A DNA stretch of 64,000 nucleotides, from positions 186,001 through 250,000 of the forward strand of contig CAXHJY010000437.1 of the NCBI GenBank assembly GCA_964016885.1, read 5' to 3'. The notes beneath the pieces were generated by a model. That model had not been told where the DNA came from, made no database searches, and saw only the letters and a list, made by a program, of their open reading frames with translations. Shown here piece by piece: positions 52,841-64,000 of this stretch (the first letter of the stretch is position 1; each line of letters opens with the position of its first letter). The stretch is from Eledone cirrhosa. Its lineage: Eukaryota. Position numbers and translations under genes: made by a program.

Positions 52841-55261
52841 ACGCTGATAAGAAGGTAGCTTGGAAGTGTCACTACGAAAGGCTACTAAATGAGGAGAATA
52901 AATGGGAGAAAGACAGTCTCCCCCACATCGATCCAATAGAGGGACCAGCAGTGTTAGTCAAAGGTAGTATAATAAGTAAGGCAATCAAAGATATGAAAAC
53001 GGGTAAGGCGGCTGGGCCTTCGGAAATAGTTGCTGAAATGCTGAAAGCTTCTGGAACGGTGGGACACACTATGGTCACCCAGATAGTAAACCAAGTCATA
53101 CAGAATGGGGTTGTTCAGAAGGACTGGCGTAGCAGTATCATCATTAACTGCTACAAGGGTAAAGGAGATGCCCTAGATATGGGTAACTATAGAGGCATTA
53201 AATTAATCGACCAGGTCATGAAGGTCACAGAAAAAGTAATAGCGCAACTAATCAGAGAGCGAATTGATCTAGATGAAATGCAGTTCGGGTTTGTGTCAGG
53301 TAAAAGTACCACAGATGCTCTTTTCATTGTACGACAACTACAGGAGAAGTACCTAGCTAAAAGTAAACCCCTATACTTAACTTTTGTCGACTTGGAGAAA
53401 GCCTTTGACAGAGTGCCCCGTTCCATTATCTGGTGGGCTCTTAGAAAACTAGGTGTTGATGAATGGCTTGTGAGAGGTATACAAGCCATGTATAAAGAAA
53501 CAGTCAGCAAGGTTAGAATTAACAACGAATATAGTGAAGAGTTTAGCGTAAAAGTTGGTGTTCATCAGGGCTCCGTTCTTAGTCCCCTACTATTTATTAT
53601 TGCCCTTCAGGCTATAACAGTGGAGTTCAAGACCGGCTGCCCATGGGAACTCCTATACGCAGATGATCTAACGCTCATAGCTGAATCAATGCCTGAACTA
53701 GAGAAGAAATTCCAAACATGGAAGCATGGCCTAGAATCAAAAGGCCTTAAAATTAACCTGGCTAAGACTAAAGTTCTAGTTTGTAGTAAGGAAAATAGGG
53801 CACCGGTCCCATCTGGGAAATGGCCATGCTCAGTGTGTAGGAAAGGAGTAGGCAGAAACTCCATTTTATGTCCCAAATGCAAAGTATGGGTGCATAAAAG
53901 ATATATTACTATTACACAGTATATAAAGTATATTACTATTACACATCCAGCGGAGCATTCAAGCTTCGTTCCTCTCCAGTCTGCATATATCCTCTGCACA
54001 CAATGCCGAGGTCTCACTGCCATGTAACATTGCTGTTCATATGCAGGCATCATACAACCTGCCTTTTATTTTTAGAGAGAACCCTTTAGTGGCTAATAGT
54101 GGTATAAGCTCTATGAACTTTTTCCATCCAGTTCTGACTCTAGCTACTGTACTTTCAGAGCACCCTCCCCCACTGCTGATTTTGTCACCCAAGTATTCTA
54201 AGAATATAGATTTTATATGTGGCCGGTGCTCTGGTGCAATAAGTAGCAGCAAGTGCCCACAGAATAGTAGCTCATTCCATTGCACAGATGGTTCTAGTGG
54301 ACAGCTTCCGTTACCTGGGTGACAAAATGAGCAGTGGGGGAGGGTGCTCTGAAAGTACAGTAGCTAGAGTCAGAACTGGATGGAAAAAGTTCAGAGAGCT
54401 TATACCACTATTAGCCGCTAAAGGGTTCTCTCTAAAAATAAAAGGCAGGTTGTATGATGCCTGCATATGAACAGCAATGTTACATGGCAGTGAGACCTGG
54501 GCATTGTTTGCAGAGGATATACGCAGACTGGAGAGGAACGAAGCTTGCATGCTCCGTTGGATGTGTAACAGTAATATACGTGAACGGCAAAGCATAAACG
54601 AACTAAGGAAAAAATTAGAAATAAGAGGGATCAGATGTTGTTTACTCGAGAGAAGGCTACGTTGGTATGGTCACGTGATGCACATGAAAGACGACAGCTG
54701 TATAATAAAGTGCAGGGCAATAAAAATAGATGGTAGCCACGGAGTAGGCAGACCCAGAAAAACCTGGGACGACTTGATAAATTCCGACCTCACATACTTG
54801 CACCTCTCCAAGACAATGTCACTGGACCGAGATCTTTGGCACTACACAGTAATACAGAAGACCCGCCTTACCTAAGTACAAAGTGAAACCTACTACAGTC
54901 AGTAGGCACCTCTAACAAAAATACACCCCGCCCCACTACCCCCACCCCGTCCACACCACCCCTTTCAATGTAAAGTTATGTTGGTACCACAACATCCAGT
55001 CCGAAACAAATGAGGTCGTGTAGGTGTCACGACAAAAAAACACACAGTCCACGCTGTAATGTGGCCGTGTAGGTAACATGGTTAAAACCTCCCAGTTCCA
55101 CACTGTAAACGTGGTTGGTGTTAGGAAGGGCATCCAGCTGTAGAAAACCCGCCAGACAGTCCTCTGTGAGCGCGACAACCACTCTTGCTTCAAGTGGGAA
55201 AACTCCCGTCCAAACCCATGCAAGCGTGGAAGACAGGCGTTAAACGAGGATGATGATGATG
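52841..55261 (+). mobile_element. RTE-A 5'-truncated copy with an internal inverted duplication (~53903-54192)
   Basis: ORFs 52951-54027, 54288-54470 and 54477-54875; minus-strand RT piece 54037-54285; (GAT)n tail. Confidence 0.93.
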
Positions 55262-55806
55262 TATAGAATTAAATGTACAACATTTAAGTCAAACAATGTG
55301 TGACAAAGAGGGCCAGTTACACCAGGAGAAGAAAACGCACAAACAAAGTGATGCATAGAGGGGGAAAATGTTAGCTGGTAGAAATATGGCAGTGACTTCA
55401 AAGTTTCAACTTGATTGCATCATCTTCATATATATAATTTCTTTCTCAACTCTGAGTCAATGAAATAATTATGTGCATATATTGATTAAATCAGCTATGT
55501 ATACATCTCTGCCTTACAATAGTTTCCTGTCAATACAATATAAGCTATTGTCGTTTTTGTGTTACGAAAAATATCAATTGAATGTGCCTTAAGCACTTAA
55601 CCACCTCACCATTTATTTGACAGCAACATCTAGTGCTTCATTGGGAAATATAAACTATGTATGGTTCCCTTAAAACCCTTTAAAGCAAAGGATACATTTC
55701 TTGTCATTTTATATATAACTGTTACCATCTACATACATTTGTAATGAATTTATATGTAACTCATTTCTTATATAAAACTTTTCTCTTTCTGTTTATAGGT
55801 AAGATA

Positions 55807-56103
55807 TTATTTACTATCTTCATTCAGGAATGTAAATTCCTTTGAGAGATTGGTAAGTAAAGGCATTTTTATCCAAAGAAGCTTTTTGTGGATGTGGAAT
55901 CTCATCTTTGTTGAAAACAATTTTCTGATGTGAGTTATTGAGTGAGCCTTTAGATGGCTAACAAAGATGTTTGATTTTTGGAGAAAGTATTTAAAATCAG
56001 TCTTTCCATTGGGTATAGCAATGTTCTTTGTTGAAATATCTATGGTTTGACTTCTGTGTGAGCACACAACAAGATTGTGTACTGATTTAGTGATCTTAGA
56101 AGC
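55807..56103 (-). other. Candidate host exon (unknown protein)
   Basis: Polypyrimidine acceptor TTTTCTGCTTTTGTAG|G at 56103 opens a 98-codon stop-free frame in non-repetitive DNA; no recognisable domain. Confidence 0.2.
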
Positions 56104-56606
56104 CTACAAAAGCAGAAAATCTCAATATTTATAATAGGGTATTATATAAGTTTATTCATTTATTTCCTTACAACATAGCAGCAATGATGTTTGAATAAAT
56201 CAACTTACATGTTTATATAGAGTGAATAGCTTGGAAATCAGATGGTTGCTTCTGACAGGATCTGTTGGAAGGAGTCTTTGATGACTCTTCCCCCATGACC
56301 CTTACAGGAATAAGTATTTATAGGCAAAGAAGATTACATACACATACACATACACACACACATATATATATATGATTGGGAGGACTCGTCAACTATATCA
56401 AAGTCATGACAGCCTCCATAGTGCTGGTGTTATGATAAGATAAACTCACTAGAGCATGGCAATGTATATAAGCAAGAATTGAATCGTCAGCCTGTCTGAT
56501 AGGTGAGTAACTACTGCTTGAGTACTGACTCAATCTGAGAGGACACCTGTAAACAAATGTTAAATGATGACAATGATGAAGATGATGATGTGTATATATA
56601 TATATA

Positions 56607-57977
56607 TCATCATCACCGTTTTACGTCCGTTCTTCAATGCTAGCATGGGTTAGACGGGTTGTCCTGTTGTGGGCAGTTTCTGGTTGGCTGACCTTGTCTT
56701 GCTCATACAAGAACTGATTTTGGCTTGATTTCTACAGCTGGATGCCCTTCCTAACACCAACCTCATTTACAGTGAGTGCTGGGTGCTCTTTGCCGTGGTG
56801 CCTACATGACCACTTTACAGTGTGAGCTGGGTGCTTTTTTGCAGTGGAAGGGTGTGGGGGGCATATTGTCTATATGCTTCAGCTTCAGCTTGTACCCATG
56901 GGAGGTCGGGTACTCTGTATTACTGCATGATGCCAGAGGTCATGGTCATGTGTCATCGCCTTTGAGAGGTGTAATTGGGTAAGGTCGGCTTTTATCACCT
57001 CATCCCAGGTCTTCTTGGGTCTCCCCACTCCGTGGTTTCCATCGACTTCTAGTGCCCTGCACCTTTTTATGCAGCTGTCTTCCTTCATACGCATCACATG
57101 TCCATACCAATGCAACCACCTCTCCTGCACACAGCATTTGATTCCTCTTATGCTCAGTCTCTCTCTCAATTCATTTATGCTTTGCCGTTCGTGTATATTA
57201 CTATTACACATCCATCGGAGCATGCAGGCTTTGTTTCTATGTAAGTCTTCCACCTTCAGCGCCCAGGTCTCACTACCATGCAACATCGCTGTTCGTATAC
57301 AAACATCATACGGTCTGCCTTTCATTTTGAGGGAGAAGCCTTTTGCAGCTAGCAGTGGTAGTAGTTCCCTAAACTTCTTCCATCCCGTTCTTACCCTAGT
57401 TATTGTACTTTCTGAACACCCACCTCCGCTGCTAATTCGGTTACCTAGGTAGCAGAAGCTGTCTACTGTTTCTACAGAGCCCTCCCAGAGATTGGTGGTA
57501 CTTGTTTCCTGTGGCTGTTTGCTGCTTGCTGTCCCAGCACAGCTGCTACATGTAAAGCCTACATTCTTAATTAAGCTTCCTGAGATCCCGCTACATCTCT
57601 TGTGTACCCATTGTTTGCATTTGGGGCAGAGAATGGAGTTCCTACCTACACTTTTCCTACATACTGAGCAAGGCCATTTCCCTGAGGGGATCTGGGTTCT
57701 GTTTTCTCGTCTACTTACAAGGACCTTAGTCTTTGTCAGGTTGACTTTGAGACCCTTTCTTTCTAGTCCCTGCTTCCAAGTTTGGAATTTCTTCTCTAGT
57801 TCTACCATAGATTCAGCTATAAGTGTGAGCTCATCTGCATACAGGAGTTCCCATGGGCATCCGGTCTTAAACTCCTCTGTTATTGCCTGCAGGACTATGA
57901 TGAACAGTAGAGGGCTAAGAACAGAGCTCTGGTGGACACCGACCTGTACGCTAAATTCCTTGCTATACTCATTACTA
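56607..57977 (-). mobile_element. RTE-B 5'-truncated copy
   Basis: ORF 56885-58084 matches the C-terminal part of 5295-8165 (YADD changed to YADE); B-type 3' UTR. Confidence 0.93.
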
Positions 57978-58138
57978 TACAGATATATATAATTGGTGGT
58001 AGCAGTAAGATAGCATTTTGATATAATGGAGGAGTATATGAAAACATATAATAATTCGCTGCTGAAGAAAACTATTTTTTTCATAACGGGGAAAAAAATA
58101 CTTTCTCTATTTTCCTCTGTGAATGTATAAAAGAGTTG

Positions 58139-58181
58139 CCAAACAGTGCTGTTTCAAGATTACTTAATCTTTCATCAGTGA
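58139..58181 (-). ncRNA. Minimal hammerhead-like motif
   Basis: Minus strand TCA-CTGATGA-AAGATT/AATCTT-GAAA-CAGCACTG-TT-TGG; stem I is weak. Confidence 0.55.
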
Positions 58182-59139
58182 TACTCATTCATAACTGGCA
58201 TTTTATTGGCATGAAATAGACTATATTTTATATAGAATTTTGCATGATGACCATTTGCAGGAGATGTTCATTTGTATATAGCATCAACTGACATGTACTC
58301 TCTCTCTCTTACATATATAATGTTTAGTCTGGTTCTCCAGGCTGGGATGGGTTGGAGAACATTTTTTGAGGCAAAATTCTATGACTAGAACAAATCAATA
58401 AAACAGAACAAAACAAAAATCGAAATCCTTATTATTGTTACTATTATTTTTTTTATTTTGTATTAAAACATATTAGTAACTGGAAAAAAAACTTGGGTAG
58501 ACAGGGAGCATGTAAAATGTATCAGTGGACTGGGGGATAAAAGTGTTATCCTTGTTTTATAATTATAAGTTCTAGGTTTAAATCCTGCCAAATACTATGT
58601 ACACATCTTGGGATAAGACACCTGATAATGATCAGAGATTAAACCTATCAAGAAATCATAAAATATATAAATAATAAAACATATAAATAATAAAACATTT
58701 TTCATCTTTAATGATGAGGTTAATAGTCTGAAAAATTGTAATGATTATAACAATAACTCATCTCAGACATTTAATCAATGATTTCTCTGATATCTTACTT
58801 CCGAACAATATGTCTGGTTTATAGAGAAGTGTAAATGAGATGGTGAAATGATGATGATGATTTTTTGCGGGTTTTTTCTTTAAGTAAAGATTGTTTGTAA
58901 GATAGATGAATGTTAACAAGTAAAATGATTTCAATCAAGAAATGAAATTTAGTGTTAGAGATTCAGTTCTGAGAGAGAATATATCTAATTTAACTTTTGT
59001 CCTGACTACTTTTACTTTTGTCTAGACATAAGGTAATACTGCTATTATCAGCCTTGACTGAGTAGATTTATGAGTAGAAGCATTCAAGATTTGATCATCT
59101 AGTCTTTTTTTAAAGGTATAATATATCAAGAACTACATT

Positions 59140-59520
59140 CTTCTTCTTATTCACCCACTTATTCCTGTGAGGGTTGTGGGGGAACAGTCCTCAAACACTC
59201 CCTCCAGTGAGTCATGTCAGAAGCAACTGTCTCCAACTGATTCAGCTGGATTCCCAAGCATGACCAGACAAGCTCATGGATGTTATCCAACTATCTTGCT
59301 TGGAGTCTACCCCTGGATCTCTTACCTGTTGGTTTTGCCCATAAAATCTGTCCAGCAATTCTTTCCTGAGATATTCTAACCACATGCTCATAATATTGGA
59401 GCTGTAATCTCTCAATTCGGAGAAGTAGTGGCTCTACCTGGAATGACTCTCTGATCTCAAAGCTATGCACTTTATTGAGTAACGTTACACCAAAGACCCT
59501 TTGGCAGAACCCCATTTTGG
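59140..59520 (-). pseudogene. RTE-like C-terminal fragment
   Basis: RVFGVTLLNKV..EIRE..VEPLLLRIERLQLQYYEHVVR..GKRSRGR. Confidence 0.8.
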
Positions 59521-59699
59521 CCAAGAACTACATTATACTAGATATATATGACTCTTCATTTTATGATGGTTGGGTGTGATTTGGCTTCTATTTATGGCAG
59601 TTCAAGTGACTGCATAGAGGCTTGTATTTTGTGGAAGCAGGAGGTGGGGTTGTCTCTGAATTGACTGCTATATATTAGTTATTTATGTAATAAACATAG

Positions 59700-60250
59700 A
59701 GCATGGCAAAACGGGAATAGAGGTCCACAATCTAGATATCATAAACAGACATCTAGTAGGCACCTCTTAACCACTATACCCCTTCCATACACCTCCCATG
59801 GCCCAACACCCACCCACCCACTTCTGACCACACCACCCTTACACTGTAAAACTATGTTGGTATCATAACAAAAAATCACCCAGCCTCCACTGTAAAGGGG
59901 TTGTGTGGGTGTCACAACAAAAAGCACCCAGCCCCACACTGTAAAGTGGTCATGTAGGTGTCATGACAAAAAGCACCCAGCACACACTGTAAAGTGGTCA
60001 TGTAGGTGTCATGACAAAAAGCACCCAGCACACACTGTAAAGTGGTCATGTAGGTGTCATGACAAAAAGCACCCAGCACACACTGTAAATGTGGTTGGCT
60101 TTAGAAAGGGCATCCAGCCATAGAAACCTAGCCAGAAACAGTTCTATATGAGCAAGACATGGTCATCTAACCTGACTTGCCTCTAATGGGACAGCCCGTC
60201 TAACCTCTGCTAGCGTGGAAAAATGGTTTTTAAACGGTGATGATGACGAT
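59700..60250 (+). mobile_element. RTE (third related family) 3' UTR with a 48-bp tandem module and (GAT)n tail
   Basis: CACACTGTAAAGTGGTCATGTAGGTGTCATGACAAAAAGCACCCAGCA three times from 59935, plus a diverged upstream unit; TTAGAAAGGGCATCCAGC. Confidence 0.85.
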
Positions 60251-60590
60251 ATATTGATATAGATATAACTAAATAGTTCAGTTTTCTTTGGTTCAATCTG
60301 TGTGGCATCTTGGGAAAGTCTTTATTACCACAGAATTAAGCCACTTTGTGTATAGATGAAAACTGTTTGAAAGCCCATCAGACGTATTATACCAATAATT
60401 CAAAGAGCCAGCCTTGTCACATACTATCTCATACTAACTTTTCCTGAGAATTACATTAAGAGAACAGATGCCTATGCAATAATCAACCACTTACATGTTA
60501 ATTTAATAACTAAGCCACTCCATTGATAAAATAGTTGGAATACTCATCCATTCAGGAATATACATATAGAACAAAATCATCAGACGTTAA

Positions 60591-60625
<35 letters not shown>

Positions 60626-61909
60626 AAAAAGAACATGAAATCATAATTTAGCATTTCTCTACATTTGAAGCAGTCTGAATCCTTTTTCAAACAAAGTTAT
60701 ATGGAAGTCAGTTCTGCTAAACGTTTTAGCATTAATTTAATTTCTGTTGCATTTCTCAATAACATTTAAAAAGAGATAAAACTGGAAGGGGAGAGAAATG
60801 AAGAAAAATATCAAAATAGAAAAAATAAACATGATGAATTTTTACACCTTGATGTAGTTGGATTGAGACTAATGCAACACTTCCTATTGAACTATCAAGG
60901 TTTCGAAGGTATGTCCTGCTTAGCTGTTCCAGCTAGTAGAAATAGTAGTCAAATCACACTCCTAATAACACTCTACTATCCTGAAAAAGAAATAACTGCA
61001 TTGGATAATCTAGTTTTAAATAGATTGTCTGAATACTTAAAAAGGGTGAGATGGTCATAGCTGGAATGACTTTGATAATAATTTTGTTGTATCAGAGTTT
61101 ACCTTGGACTAAATAACAACAATATAATTAAACCAGTTAGGGAGCCATTCTGTGGTCACTAAATCAGCTGGCAAGAACAGACAATTCTTCCACAAATTCC
61201 ACCCTAAAAGACATGCTGAATAATCTAGTCCTAGATATATTAGGACAAAAAAGATGGTTTAGTCATAATTGGAACACATTTGAAGATAGGTCTACTTTAT
61301 CAGGACTGACCTAGGGTTGAACAAAAACAACAATATTCCTCTTGACTATCAGCTATAAACTTTCAATTTTAATTGTATATGTGGAATTAGATATGCTAGC
61401 TCAGCCCTTCATAGATTCTTTCCACTCACAAACATACGATACACCATTAAAAAAGAACAAGAATTTACAAGGAGTTTCATTATGAAATGCTGATGGCATA
61501 TATAATGAATATAAATGGCACCAACCATAGATCCAAACAGTGCCGAATTACATAAATAAGTAAATATGTAACTAAATATAGAAGTAAAAAATACAAAAAC
61601 AAAAATTCAGCTGCTTCTCCTCAAAGAAGTAAAATTTCTATCATAATCTATTTAGTTTCAATTGCAATGTTTTTTTTTTTAAATTGTATTCGTGAAATAT
61701 ATCTGTAGGCTACAAAATATCGACCCAGTGAATCTATTCAGAGTACTTGAAAATGAAATAGTTAATGTATGTATGTACATATGCATGTATACATACAGAC
61801 ACACACACGAGTGTGTATATATGTATGTACATATGCATGTATACGCACACACACACGAGTGTGTATATATGTATGTATGTAGATATGTTTTGTTTGTTTG
61901 TTTGTTTTT

Positions 61910-62210
61910 TTGTGCCTCTCCTTTGTTCTGTCCTACGCCATCTTGTTTGGTGTATGGCGTAGGACAGAACAAAGGAGAGGCACAAGGGGAGAACAAAGAA
62001 AATAGTCCCCAGTCATTGAAGAGGTCGCAGAGTGTGTGACGAAGGAGCTTTGACAATATATGAACAATCGTCTGGTTGTGGAACCAACCAACGAACCGGA
62101 AATTTGTAAATTCCTAAATTTATAGATTTGATTTGTGATAAATTGAAGTGAGAGTGGCTGGTACGTGTGTTTCTTGTTGGCAGCATGACCCTCCCAAAGC
62201 ATAACAATAT
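61910..62210 (+). mobile_element. PLE pseudo-LTR fragment with a 32-bp 5' inverted duplication and a mutated hammerhead (62012-62054)
   Basis: Matches ~30574-30816; arms 61910-61941 and 61954-61985. Confidence 0.85.
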
Positions 62211-62230
62211 GTATATATATATATATATAT

Positions 62231-63590
62231 TGCTAAGGCTTTTAATTCTGTGCCACACAAAATACTTATGGCAAAACTCTCTGCAATGGGTGTGAGGGAT
62301 GATCTTTTCGACTGGTTGAAATCCTTCATTCTCAGCCGAAAAGAAGTAGTCACGGTTCTAGGACAGCATTCTTCACCATATGAGATGTCATCTGGTGTAC
62401 CACAGGGATCTGTTCTTGGTCCCCTTTTGTTTGTGGCATATATTAATGACATAGATGCCAACTTACAGAATGCCACGGTACTGAAATATGCAGATGACAT
62501 CAAGCTGTACCTTGAAATCAAAAGGACTGATCCTGAAATCTACAACTCTTTCCTACAATCAGACCTGGACACAATGCAGCAATGGATCACAGACTGGCAA
62601 CTGAATCTGGCTGTGGGCAAGTGTACCACCATGTATTTTGGGAGGAAAAATCCAGCGTCCACATACTCCCTCCACAACACTGATATCAAGAAGTCCTCTT
62701 GTGAACATGACCTGGGCATTACTGTCAGCAGCGATTTGCGTTGGACAAAGCATGTCTCTAAGATTGTCAAGAAGGCCGAGGGTGTCTTGGCATCACTCAG
62801 CAAGACCTTTGTTAGCCGCTCTCCAGCCATCTATTTAAAACTGTTTACAGCTATGGTACGACCACACTTGGAATTCACATCATCAGTCTGGAACCTCTAT
62901 CTTGCTCAGAACATTGACCTCCTGGAAACTGTTCAGAGACGTGCAACCAAGCGCATATCCTCCATCAGACACCTACCATACTCTGAACGCCTTGCTTCCC
63001 TGGGCATGGATTCATTGAAGCTCCGACGTCTGGCAATGGACTTGGTAAATACCCACAAAGTTATTAACCATCTCGCCAATTGCAGCCTTGAGCACCTTTT
63101 TGATCTCCATGTGTCTAACACACGTGGACATGCCTACAAAATCAGAAAACAGTACAGCTCCCATGACTTTTGTAGACATTTTTTCACGCTCAGAGTTGCT
63201 GAAGCATGGAACAAACTGCCTGCGTCAGTTGTTAGCTGCCGAGACACTGCATCCTTTAAGACACTCATGCTTCCCGAAATACGCCAAAACTACACCTGAT
63301 GTACCCCTTCCATACACATGCACACATGTGTGTATCATGACTCGTGCACTGTTCATTTTCCTGATGTTTGTGCATTGTCCTATGTACTGTACATGCACTT
63401 TTTGATGAGTTCTGGTGCACCTGGGCACTGTACACAATATTTCATTATTATTATTATTATTATATCATGACTCATACACTGTTCATTTTCCTGACATTTG
63501 TACATTATTCTATGTACTATACATGCACCTTTGATGAGTTGTAGTGCACCTGAGCACTGTACACAATAATTTCATTATTATTATATTATA
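62231..63590 (+). mobile_element. CR1-like LINE, 5'-truncated, with a duplicated 3' end
   Basis: ORF 62250-63299: SGVPQGSVLGPLLF, YADDIKL, RPHLEF..VW, VQRRATK, TRGH; (ATT)n tails at ~63445 and ~63575. Confidence 0.92.
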
Positions 63591-63634
63591 TGTATGTATA
63601 TATATATTGTATATATATATGTATGTATATATAT

Positions 63635-64000
63635 CGTTTCTGAATTTGTTTAGCAAGATTCTTTATCTGAAATCGTGTGTTGAAACCGATATTGTTATAC
63701 TTTGGGAGGGTCATGTTGCCAATAAGAAACACACGCACCAGTTGCTTTCACTTCAATTTATTATATATTTATAAATTTACAAATTTATAAATTTATAAAT
63801 TTCTGGTTGGTTGGTTGGTTCCACAACCAGATAGTTGTTTATATATAGTCATAGTCCTTTCGTCACACACTCTGTGACCTCTTCAGTGACTGGGGATTCC
63901 TTTCTTTGTCTCCGTGCCTCTCCTTTGTTCTGTCCTACGCCATTTTGTTTCTGATTGCGGGTTTGGTGCGGGTGATGGGAGATGTGTCCCGCGTGTGCGG
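63635..64000. mobile_element. PLE copy: inverted pseudo-LTR (minus, 63635-63953, hammerhead 63848-63890) joined to plus-strand ORF sequence (63951-64000, continues beyond the window)
   Basis: Reverse complement of ~30564-30870, then a match to 29604-29653; CTG microhomology at the junction. Confidence 0.88.

Overview
Eukaryotic, AT-rich, repeat-dense intergenic or intronic DNA. The SINE/LINE repertoire and the (TA)n/(CAT)n/(TACA)n microsatellites suggest an octopus or other coleoid cephalopod; this is an inference. No host gene can be supported apart from one weak exon candidate. The window is dominated by non-LTR retrotransposons. There are about 9 substantial copies of two related RTE-clade LINE families (A and B; APE endonuclease + RT) with (GAT)n tails, mostly inserted in (TA)n arrays; one B copy has an uninterrupted 956-aa ORF. 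Also present are an R4/Dong-like RT + restriction-like-endonuclease element sitting in (CATA)n, CR1-like fragments, several Penelope-like (GIY-YIG) elements, tRNA-type SINEs, a TTAA piggyBac-type MITE and several long inverted repeats. Most notable, all by manual reading: (1) up to eight hammerhead-ribozyme-like motifs, some degenerate, from at least four unrelated repeats, including a 457-bp tandem retrozyme/pLTR-like unit; (2) two Penelope-like copies with strongly A-to-G-biased substitutions, consistent with ADAR-hyper-edited RNA retro-copied into the genome; (3) a C4HC3 PHD-like finger inserted inside the RTE reverse transcriptase; (4) a covarying, copy-number-variable hairpin module in RTE 3' UTRs; (5) a near-identical 71-nt rearrangement junction shared by two RTE copies 21 kb apart. 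All Ile/Tyr-, His- and Val/Cys-rich ORFs are microsatellite artefacts.
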